This document shows positions 18,988-27,629 of a DNA stretch of 64,000 nt, piece after piece. Numbering within the stretch: position 1 is the first letter of the stretch; the number at the start of each line of letters is the position of its first letter. Both the position numbers and the translations under genes were made by a program. Source of the DNA: Promethearchaeota archaeon (GTDB taxonomy: Archaea; Asgardarchaeota; Lokiarchaeia; Sigyniarchaeales; SOKP01); assembly GCA_048938895.1 (NCBI GenBank), contig JBHLLU010000007.1:45907-109906 (forward strand). Reading direction: 5' to 3'. The notes beneath the pieces were generated by a model, which was given only the letters and a program-made list of their open reading frames with translations, had not been told where the DNA came from and made no database searches.

Positions 18988-21417
18988 TTATAATTCATTA
19001 AATACTGTACGGGAAATGATGTCATTTTGAAGACTTCTACCCACTTCTATAAAACGAGCAGAATAACCTGTAACCTTAACTGATAAGTCAGGGTATTTTT
19101 CTGGATGAGCTTGAGCGTCTCTTAATGTTTCTGAACTTACTGGATTAATTTGAAGTTCTCTTCCTCCTATTTCTAAATAAGCTTCAACAATAGAAGTTAA
19201 CTTATCTACACCCTCTTCTGTTTCTATTAAACTGGGATTGATCCTTATGTTCATTGATGCTCCACCGGTTAGGAGGGCATCTTTTGTCGCGTAAGCTACT
19301 GATCGGAGCGTCATAGTAAGCCCATTTTTCTCTGTTCCGTTTGCAGGAGATATGCCGTTAGAAACAGCTTCACCAGATAATCTTCCATCGGGAGTAGCTC
19401 CTAACATTTTACCCTCAAGTATATTAAGTCCTGAAGATACAAAATATGTGCGATAAATACCAGCACCACCTCTGGCAGGATATTTTCTCACAATATCACA
19501 TAAAGTATTCGCAACCCATATTGCTAGTTCATCTGTCCGTTCATCACCATTACCGTATTTGGGAGCCTTATTTCTTAAAAGTTCTTTAAGTTTCTCTGCT
19601 CCCTTGAAATTATTATTCAGATGCGTAACTAATTCTTCCATTGTTAACAACTTTTCTTCGAATACAGCCCAACGAATTGCTGCTAATGAATTGGTTACGG
19701 TTGCTAATGCTTGACAGCCAATAGGGTTGTTATTATAGAGCGCTCCATTTCGAGTTACATCTTTTCCACTCTCTAGACATCCCTCTATTGTAGATGAAAG
19801 CAAGGGGGAAGGAAAATAATCTGCATATACTTTATCCTTTAGTTCAGCCTTTTTCACCACTAAATCTACTCCAAAGGAAAGCTGGTCTACAAAAGCTTGT
19901 TTCACATCTTCGAAAGTTTTAAATGTACTTGGATGAGGGGTTTTTGCTCCAAATTGGCGGTTCCCTGCTATAATCATTTGTCCTTCGTTTAAAGCCATAT
20001 GTAAAACGGTTGACAATCGAACACCATTACCTGCAGTGTATGAAAAATCAAAACCTGTACCATGAGGTTCTACACAACCTACAAGTGAGTAATCTCGGGC
20101 ATGTTCTAGTGAATAGCCATCTTCTTGAAGCTGTGGTACTAAGATTTCATCATTATGAATGCCCATTCCACCTGTGTATTTAAAAGCTTCAATAGTTCTT
20201 TTCACAAAATCCCGAGGTGTCTTGGAAGAAATCCGTATTGATATTGTATTCAATAAACTTTTTACATTTGCAACAGCTTCAAGAAACATATAAGATATAT
20301 CATTTGTGGTATCATTTCCATCCTTATCTAATCCTCCAATAGTTATATTATTCTGTCCTGCGATAACAACAGAAGCAAGTTTAACTAAATATTCCTCAAT
20401 GGCTTCCAAAGCTTCCTCATAAGTAATCCGTCCTTCTGCTAAATCAGCTGCATAATAAGGATAAAGATATTGATCTACTCGTCCTTGAGAAAATATATTA
20501 CCATTACCATAGCTCATTTCCATGACGACGTTGGTCATCCATACCGATTGAAGTGCTTCCATGAAACTTCTGGGTGGGAGGGAAGGCACTCTTCTTGTCC
20601 GTTCAGCGATATCTAAAAGTTCTGCTCTTCTATGTTCTGGTGCATTTTCAGCCATCTCTATTGCCAGATTTGCGTAACGATTAGAATAATCACAAACAGC
20701 TTTGGAACAAACTTGAACTGCTTCATAAAAAGTCTTGCGATTTTCGTAATCCTCATCATCTTCTTTAAGTTTTTCAAGTTCTTCGATAGCTCGTTTTTCT
20801 ATTCCTTTAAATCCTATTTTAAGAACTCGTTTATACCCTGGAATGGTATGACCCTGCATATTTGCATAAAATGGGTTAATCCAACTCTCAGCTCGTTCCA
20901 TAGAACTCTTTTTCTCCTTGAATAAGCCTGCTTCGATCCAAAGTTTTTCTTTCAGGTCCGTTAATGTCTTCCCTTTCCAAACTGGGATAATATCATTTTT
21001 CAATTCGTCAAGTTCTTCTTCTGTAAAAGGGACATAACGTCTAAGGATGGGATTACGCCTGCGGAAATAATCTTTAGTTTTTTCGTCTATTGAATCATCT
21101 AAAAGAAAATCATATGTTCGAACATGCCTTCCAAGTTCTATTTCAAAAGGATCAGCTCGTATTTTACTGGATTTTACTCCTACAAGAATTTCATCAGTGT
21201 CAATCCTAATAGGGAGGCAGCGCAAAAATTCTTCTAATGCTTTAGCCTTTTTCATGTAGGGATGAGCATCTTCCATCTGTTTCCAAATCCTTGAATAGCA
21301 TCGTGCTCGCTCAAGATCATATTCGAAGGGTTGGGATAACATTTTGTCCCTAATTTTACGAACCCTTTCTGTAGGAATACCTTGAAGTGGAGTCAATCTG
21401 ATATCTTGAACTACCAT
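18988..21417 (-). CDS. Glycyl-radical enzyme, eliminase-type PFL superfamily, substrate unknown (paralog 2)
   Basis: LVGCVEP, LSVKVTGYSARF. Colinear with and highly similar to 16351-18789. Confidence 0.92.
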   Translation of the reverse strand: MVVQDIRLTPLQGIPTERVRKIRDKMLSQPFEYDLERARCYSRIWKQMEDAHPYMKKAKALEEFLRCLPIRIDTDEILVGVKSSKIRADPFEIELGRHVRTYDFLLDDSIDEKTKDYFRRRNPILRRYVPFTEEELDELKNDIIPVWKGKTLTDLKEKLWIEAGLFKEKKSSMERAESWINPFYANMQGHTIPGYKRVLKIGFKGIEKRAIEELEKLKEDDEDYENRKTFYEAVQVCSKAVCDYSNRYANLAIEMAENAPEHRRAELLDIAERTRRVPSLPPRSFMEALQSVWMTNVVMEMSYGNGNIFSQGRVDQYLYPYYAADLAEGRITYEEALEAIEEYLVKLASVVIAGQNNITIGGLDKDGNDTTNDISYMFLEAVANVKSLLNTISIRISSKTPRDFVKRTIEAFKYTGGMGIHNDEILVPQLQEDGYSLEHARDYSLVGCVEPHGTGFDFSYTAGNGVRLSTVLHMALNEGQMIIAGNRQFGAKTPHPSTFKTFEDVKQAFVDQLSFGVDLVVKKAELKDKVYADYFPSPLLSSTIEGCLESGKDVTRNGALYNNNPIGCQALATVTNSLAAIRWAVFEEKLLTMEELVTHLNNNFKGAEKLKELLRNKAPKYGNGDERTDELAIWVANTLCDIVRKYPARGGAGIYRTYFVSSGLNILEGKMLGATPDGRLSGEAVSNGISPANGTEKNGLTMTLRSVAYATKDALLTGGASMNIRINPSLIETEEGVDKLTSIVEAYLEIGGRELQINPVSSETLRDAQAHPEKYPDLSVKVTGYSARFIEVGRSLQNDIISRTVFNEL

Positions 21418-21444
21418 AATTCAATTATTGTTTTTTTATTATTT

Positions 21445-21473
21445 TAAATTAACTATGTAAATTTATTTATAAA
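21445..21473 (-). promoter_or_regulatory. TATA box (21466-21473) plus operator TAAATTAAC-TAT-GTAAATTTA (21445-21465)
   Basis: One mismatch from the 18816 palindrome, same position relative to the TATA box. Confidence 0.7.
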
Positions 21474-21577
21474 TTATACATCACTAATTTTATAGAAAAT
21501 TGGGATTTAAATTAATAGTTTTTAAATTAATAGTGCTGTCATAAATAAGTACAAGAATAAAAGACGTACTTTGCCCA

Positions 21578-23326
21578 TTATTCCACAGATAAACTCTCTT
21601 TAGGTTCTTGAATTTCTGATCGTATCGACGTAGGAGGATTTACACACCAAATATAATGTCCCTCCTCGACTTTTATCCTATGAGGTAATTCAAATTCACA
21701 TTCTTTAGTACGTGCATCTGAAGAGCAGCGTGGATTAAAAGTGCATCCCGGTGGGGGTGCTATAGGACTTGGAACTTCTCCTTTAATAACAAAACTGATT
21801 TCTTGATTGTATGGATCAATGTCAGAATGTGAAGAAAGAAGTGCTTGAGTATACGGATGAGTGGGTCTTTTAAAAACTTGTTCTTTACTTCCAACTTCTA
21901 CAATTTTTCCAAGATACATGACAGCAACACGATCAGCAATATAATTTACAACAGCTAAATTATGAGTAATAAACAGATATCCATACCCATATTGTGCTTG
22001 TAACTCTCTAAGAAGATTGAGTATTTGTGCTTGAACTGATACATCTAGTGCCGAAGTTGGCTCGTCTAAGATAATTAATTCAGGATTACATGCCAATGCT
22101 CTCGCAATAACAATTCTTTGCTTCTGACCACCAGAAAATTCATGCGGGTAGCGATCCATATGCTCTCGTTTTAAGGAAACTTCGTCCAGCAATCTTAATA
22201 CACGTTTTCTGATTTCTATTTTATCTGTAACAGCAAGTAAATTTCTGAGCGGTTCTGCTATTATATCAACTATTTTCATACGTGGATTTAAAGATGCATC
22301 TGGATCTTGAAAAACCATTTGTATCTTATGTCTTAAATAAGCAGAATAATCTGGAGGGATTGATTTATTTTGGAACAACATTTCTCCTTCGGTCTTATCT
22401 ACCAAACCTAGAACAGCTTTAGCAACTGTTGTTTTCCCACATCCACTTTCTCCTACTAAACCCAATGTCTCACCAGTTTTTATGCTAAAAGAGATTCCAT
22501 TAACTGCCTTCACAGCACCAATTTGCCTTTTAAGGGTTCCTTTATAGAGGGGATAGTGTACTTTAAGATCTTTTACGTTAAGTAAAGCTTTATCTTTCTC
22601 AAGAACAGTTAAACCTCTGAGTTCTGTTAGTTCTATGGTTTGGTAAGCTATGAATTTCACAACCACGATAACAATAATTGCTATAATAAAACTAAATAAG
22701 ATATTACTAAAAGCATTCTTAAGAAATTTGTCTTGTTGAGTAATAAAGGTTAATATTAAATAATAGACTCCAGGTGCTATGCTACCAAAAGCAAGAGGTA
22801 TCCTATGTTGCACTAATTGTATTTTATTGCCCCAATAAGCCAGTAAAATAGATAATCCGAAAAGAAAGAGAAAACCTAGAGCAAAAGTAAATTTTGACCC
22901 ATCTAAATCATCATTTCCTTCAATTAGCCAGATATTAAGGATCTTAGGAAGAGCATTTAAAAACAACGATATTACTAGTAAAATACCTTGAATGAATCCA
23001 ATAATTTTGATGGACTCAAAAAAATTTTTATTATAAAATCCCCATAAAACTAATACACCAATAGGGATAAATAGTATTGCATTTACAAAAATCAGTATTA
23101 AAGAGGAATCAATGATAGAATTCAATATAATAAAAGTGAAGACCAATAAAAGTGAATAACCTAATTGAATCAAAGTGAAAAGTAACCAAATAGAATTTAT
23201 TACGAGAGCAATCTTCGTTGAATTCTCCCACATCTTCGATCTTATATAACTTCTCATGATAAAAAATCCAATTATGAATAGAATAACTGGAAAAATAATA
23301 ATTTCAGATATATCAACCATGATCAT
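21578..23326 (-). CDS. oppF: Opp/Dpp ABC ATPase (OppF-like) fused to an N-terminal ~7-TM membrane domain
   Basis: GESGCGKT, FQDP, YPHEFSGGQKQR, LDEPTSALD, HPYT and a Cys-rich C-terminus. The first ~230 aa are hydrophobic helices. Confidence 0.85.
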   Translation of the reverse strand: MIMVDISEIIIFPVILFIIGFFIMRSYIRSKMWENSTKIALVINSIWLLFTLIQLGYSLLLVFTFIILNSIIDSSLILIFVNAILFIPIGVLVLWGFYNKNFFESIKIIGFIQGILLVISLFLNALPKILNIWLIEGNDDLDGSKFTFALGFLFLFGLSILLAYWGNKIQLVQHRIPLAFGSIAPGVYYLILTFITQQDKFLKNAFSNILFSFIIAIIVIVVVKFIAYQTIELTELRGLTVLEKDKALLNVKDLKVHYPLYKGTLKRQIGAVKAVNGISFSIKTGETLGLVGESGCGKTTVAKAVLGLVDKTEGEMLFQNKSIPPDYSAYLRHKIQMVFQDPDASLNPRMKIVDIIAEPLRNLLAVTDKIEIRKRVLRLLDEVSLKREHMDRYPHEFSGGQKQRIVIARALACNPELIILDEPTSALDVSVQAQILNLLRELQAQYGYGYLFITHNLAVVNYIADRVAVMYLGKIVEVGSKEQVFKRPTHPYTQALLSSHSDIDPYNQEISFVIKGEVPSPIAPPPGCTFNPRCSSDARTKECEFELPHRIKVEEGHYIWCVNPPTSIRSEIQEPKESLSVE

Positions 23327-23346
23327 AAATAACCTCTAATTATTCT

Positions 23347-25230
23347 TTATTCTGATAACCTTTCTGCCTTTTGTATAGAAATTCTAGCTAAATCTTCATA
23401 TTCTGGATCATAAAGATGACATGCTACAAAATATCCAGTCTCAACCTCAACTTGGATTGGAATTTTTGAATCACATGGCTCAAAACAATAACGACATCTA
23501 GGATGATATCTACATCCTGAAGGGGGGTAAATTAGATTTGGTACCATTCCAGGAATTACTTCAAGTTTTTGTTGTCTTTTCTTCATAACAGGAACAGAAG
23601 CAATAAGTCCTCTAGTGTATGGATGATAAGGTTTAATAAATAATTTTTTTATATCTCCATATTCAACAATGGATCCGCAATACATCACCGCAACTCGATT
23701 ACACATTTTAGAGATAATTCCAAGATCATGTGTAATAAATAATATAGTTGTATTATATTTCTTACGAAGATCTTTCATCAGTTTCAGAATTTGATTTTGA
23801 ATTGTGACATCAAGTGCTGTGGTAGGTTCATCAGCAATTAATAGCTTGGGTCTACATGCAAGAGCCATCGCAATCTGGACTCGTTGGCGCATACCACCAC
23901 TTAACTCATGTGGGTATCGATCAATAATTACATGAGGAAAGGGGATATTCAATTCCCTTAAAAGATCTATACTCCATTCTCGAGCAATACCGTAAATAGT
24001 TTTATCAGGAAATTTGGAAGCTTCAGCAAGCATTTCATTCTCCATATGTAGTAAGAATACTTCTGAAATTTGCTTACCAATTCTATAAACAGGATTGAGA
24101 GAATTTAGTGGATCTTGAAAAATCATAGTAATTTCTTTACCACGATATTTTAACATTTCATTTTCAGGTTTTATTATTAGATTTTCCCCACCAAAAATAA
24201 CACTGCCTTTTTCAATTTTTCCTGGAGGTCGAATTACTCGAAGAATTGATAATGCGGTTACAGATTTGCCGCATCCCGTTTCACCCACAAGACCAAGAAC
24301 TTCTCCCTCGTATAGCTTAAAAGAAACATTCTCTACAGCACGAACAGTACCCTCTTCGGTGTGGAAGTAAGTAGTGAGATTCTTCACGTCAAGAATCGTA
24401 TGATTCCCTCCTGAAACAAAATCTTGTACAGTTTGCATTTCAGCTTCAACTATTTCAATTGCTCTTTGAACCCTTAACTTGCCTTTTTCCTCGGCTTTAG
24501 GTAAAAATATCTTAATCAAAGATACAAGAAAAATAGCAACATATATATTACTAAAAATTATAAATTCAAAACGAATATCCTGTTTGAATACCATTATTCC
24601 AAGCCATCTGTTTAAATATAACTCAAAAATTATTAGCTGTATTGACCAGATCCCGAATGCAACAAGTCCACCAGTAAACATAGCGTATCTGAGAATTTCC
24701 TTAGAAATACGTTTCTCAATTGGAAGAGCGCTATTTATTAAAATTGTGATACCCATATCAAATAAAATAATTAAAGCTGCCCATATAAAACCTATGTTGA
24801 AAATATCAGGATTACTCATTCTAATTCTCAGAAGAGAAATTGAAAAGAATACACCACAAATTATCCAAGATATTATAATAAAATAATTAAATACTTTTTG
24901 AAATAGATTACTCAAAAAGGGATCTCCTATTGAACCAAATTTTTCCTTTTTAATTACCAGTTCTTTATAAAAGACATTAAACAGAGTTGCCATAAGAGCA
25001 AACATTAAACTATCATTATTCATCATTAAAAATAGAGTAAAATAAGCCCCTATAGTTTCAAGAAAGCTCCGAATACCAAATATTATGAAAAAAACTATGA
25101 TACAAATTACAAGTGAGCTTTTTCTATGAATTGAACGCAAGATTTTTTTGTCTTCAGGGAGATATTTATGAATTAAATTCGAAATAAAGAACAAAATGAG
25201 CATAGCAACGAATGTTTCAATGAAAGCCAT
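23347..25230 (-). CDS. oppD: Opp/Dpp ABC ATPase (OppD-like) fused to an N-terminal ~7-TM membrane domain
   Basis: [45 protein letters not shown]...C...ACH. The first ~245 aa are hydrophobic helices. Confidence 0.85.
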   Translation of the reverse strand: MAFIETFVAMLILFFISNLIHKYLPEDKKILRSIHRKSSLVICIIVFFIIFGIRSFLETIGAYFTLFLMMNNDSLMFALMATLFNVFYKELVIKKEKFGSIGDPFLSNLFQKVFNYFIIISWIICGVFFSISLLRIRMSNPDIFNIGFIWAALIILFDMGITILINSALPIEKRISKEILRYAMFTGGLVAFGIWSIQLIIFELYLNRWLGIMVFKQDIRFEFIIFSNIYVAIFLVSLIKIFLPKAEEKGKLRVQRAIEIVEAEMQTVQDFVSGGNHTILDVKNLTTYFHTEEGTVRAVENVSFKLYEGEVLGLVGETGCGKSVTALSILRVIRPPGKIEKGSVIFGGENLIIKPENEMLKYRGKEITMIFQDPLNSLNPVYRIGKQISEVFLLHMENEMLAEASKFPDKTIYGIAREWSIDLLRELNIPFPHVIIDRYPHELSGGMRQRVQIAMALACRPKLLIADEPTTALDVTIQNQILKLMKDLRKKYNTTILFITHDLGIISKMCNRVAVMYCGSIVEYGDIKKLFIKPYHPYTRGLIASVPVMKKRQQKLEVIPGMVPNLIYPPSGCRYHPRCRYCFEPCDSKIPIQVEVETGYFVACHLYDPEYEDLARISIQKAERLSE

Positions 25231-25301
25231 CCCATAATTTAATCCTTGACCTCCTTGATATAATATGTTTATAACCTTTTATCCCCTCTTCTCTATACTT
25301 T

Positions 25302-26297
25302 TTATAAACTTAATCGTGGATCCAATGCATCTCGCAGTCCATCTCCTACAAGCATAAATCCTATAGATGTTACTCCTATTAATAGTCCAGGCCAAACAGC
25401 CGCATTGACATTGCTAAATGTAGCTCTTGCCCAATTAATATCAGTTCCCCAACTGGCAACAGTTGGATCTCCAAATCCTATAAAAGCTAAACCTGCTAGA
25501 CCTATTACAGCGACCGCTGCTCCGCCAAAAAATGCTATTATCATAGGGCTAATAGCATTAGGTATAATATGCTTAAACATCACTTTGAACTTTTGCGCAC
25601 CACCTGTTTTTGCTGCTTGAATATATTCTAATTGCTTTACTTGTAACACAAGGGATCGCATAAACCTGGTCCTATATGGTATAAAAAGAATTCCATAAAT
25701 TACAAGACTAGTAAATAATGCTTGTCCCAGTATAGGAACGAGTATGACAACCAGAACCAAATTTGGAAATGCATACATTACATCTACAAAACGCATCATT
25801 AGATAATCTACCGTGCCACCAAAATATGCTGATATCGTTCCTAAGATAAGTCCTCCTCCAATTGAGATGGATACAGGAATTAATGCCATTAAAAATGTGG
25901 TTCTACCACCCCAAATAATTCTTGCTAAAACATCATATCCATATTTTGTTGTCCCTAAAGGATGTTCGGGTGATGGAGAAGCAAATGCAGTTTCTCCAGC
26001 AGGAATATAAGGTATCACTATCTCTTCTATTCTATAGTGAGTTAACCAAGGAGTATATATTGCTAATACCATAATGAATAGGATCATTACCATTCCTGAT
26101 ATTGTTAAAGGTCTCAGAAGGCGTCGAAACATTCTCCTTTTAGATTTTATTTTTTCTATCTGATATTCTTGAGCTGAGAATTCAGGATCTCGCCAACCAG
26201 GAGTTAAATAAAATCTTAAGAATCGAAAAAATTGCTTTTTCCTATCTAATTCAGGCTGTATTTGAATCTTATCCTCAATAAAAGTTTGTTCTGTCAT
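25302..26297 (-). CDS. oppC: Opp/Dpp ABC permease C
   Basis: HPLGTTKYGYDVLARIIWG, EAA-like YIQAAKTGGA, HIIPN, GDGLRDALDPR. Confidence 0.92.
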   Translation of the reverse strand: MTEQTFIEDKIQIQPELDRKKQFFRFLRFYLTPGWRDPEFSAQEYQIEKIKSKRRMFRRLLRPLTISGMVMILFIMVLAIYTPWLTHYRIEEIVIPYIPAGETAFASPSPEHPLGTTKYGYDVLARIIWGGRTTFLMALIPVSISIGGGLILGTISAYFGGTVDYLMMRFVDVMYAFPNLVLVVILVPILGQALFTSLVIYGILFIPYRTRFMRSLVLQVKQLEYIQAAKTGGAQKFKVMFKHIIPNAISPMIIAFFGGAAVAVIGLAGLAFIGFGDPTVASWGTDINWARATFSNVNAAVWPGLLIGVTSIGFMLVGDGLRDALDPRLSL

Positions 26298-26321
26298 CTT
26301 TAATTACCTCTCGATTTTATG

Positions 26322-27398
26322 TTAAGTATATGTTATTCTAGGATCAATAATAGTATACATGACGTCCGCAACTAAATTCCCTGTAAGAAGTATTATGGTA
26401 GAAAATACTAAGAGTCCGTTTATAACTAAATAATCTCCTAAAAATATCGACTCAACCATATAAAAGCCAAAACCTTTATATTCAAAAGTTACTTCAATAA
26501 AAAAAGATCCTAGTAATGCCGTTGCGGTCCCCCCGATAATAAGATTGCTAGTGGGTAATAAAGCATTTCGAAGGGCATGTTTATTTATAACATCTTTTTC
26601 TATAACACCTTTAGCTCTCGCAGTTCTAATGTAATCTTGATCTAAAACATCTAACATACTTGATCGGGTTTGCCTAGTAATAGCGGCCAACGAAACAAAA
26701 GTTACGCATAGAGCCGGAAGAAGTAAATGTTGTAATGTGTCCCATAGATAAATTTGATCATTATAGAGGAAACTATCAATTAAACGAAATCCTGTTTTAT
26801 CCCAAGGCCAAACAAGGTCTGGCTCTGGATATCTCAATCCTGGAGTATTAGCGAAAAATACAGGTAAGTCTAATTTAGTATACGTAAACGTTCCCAAATA
26901 ATAACCAAATAAGAGCTGAAGCAAAGTAGCAATCCAAAACACGGGAAACCCAGCTCCAAAAATTGCAAGAGCTCTGATGAGAATATCTTTTGATTTATCC
27001 TTATGGGTTGCTGATGATAGTCCAAGCTTAACTGCAATGATAGGACTTAATACTATCGGAATTATCATTAATTCTATTGTTCTTGGAAATACTTCTAAAA
27101 TAAAATCGATAACAGGAACATTTTCTCGAATTACATAAGAATTACCCCAATCTCCTGTAAAAAAATTTTTATAATACAAACCCAATTGAACATACCAAGG
27201 ATCATAGAAACCAGCTCTCTCTAATTCGGCTTTAAGCACGTCAAAATCAACTAAGCCACCTAATTTGTTGGTAATTGGGCTTACTTCCATCAAATGCGAT
27301 AAAATCCAGGCAAAAGTTAGAACAAGAAACAACATTGGGATCATCATTAATATCCGTCTGATGATATATTTTATCATATTTGTCTTTTTTTTAACCAC
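26322..27398 (-). CDS. oppB: Opp/Dpp ABC permease B
   Basis: YIIRRIL, DYIRTARAKG, HALRNAL, DVMYTIIDPRI. Confidence 0.92.
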   Translation of the reverse strand: MVKKKTNMIKYIIRRILMMIPMLFLVLTFAWILSHLMEVSPITNKLGGLVDFDVLKAELERAGFYDPWYVQLGLYYKNFFTGDWGNSYVIRENVPVIDFILEVFPRTIELMIIPIVLSPIIAVKLGLSSATHKDKSKDILIRALAIFGAGFPVFWIATLLQLLFGYYLGTFTYTKLDLPVFFANTPGLRYPEPDLVWPWDKTGFRLIDSFLYNDQIYLWDTLQHLLLPALCVTFVSLAAITRQTRSSMLDVLDQDYIRTARAKGVIEKDVINKHALRNALLPTSNLIIGGTATALLGSFFIEVTFEYKGFGFYMVESIFLGDYLVINGLLVFSTIILLTGNLVADVMYTIIDPRITYT

Positions 27399-27554
27399 TT
27401 TTTCTCATCTCCACATGTATCATAACAAAATTTTTACTCTCACTTAAATTCTTCGATCTAAAAATTGAAGATCCTATATTATATTCAATTAACATTGATT
27501 TTTTAACCAAAGTGATAATTTTCAGAAACGTTTAAATATATAATTATCATAACC

Positions 27555-27581
27555 TATAAATAAATTTACTTCGTAAATTTA
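27555..27581 (+). promoter_or_regulatory. TATA element (TATAAA) plus perfect palindrome TAAATTTAC-TTC-GTAAATTTA (27561-27581) upstream of the substrate-binding protein
   Basis: Same consensus and same TATA-adjacent position as the GRE promoters. Confidence 0.7.
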
Positions 27582-27629
27582 ATTTAACAAAAAAATCGAA
27601 ATCAAAAAAAAGTAAGGCGAATCAATAAT

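Noticed and set aside
16351-21417. Calling the GREs pyruvate formate-lyase, CutC, HypD or an alkyl/benzylsuccinate synthase
   Set aside because: They have a single Cys rather than PFL's CC, no small Bss subunits are present, and the pocket residues did not match any one recalled family.
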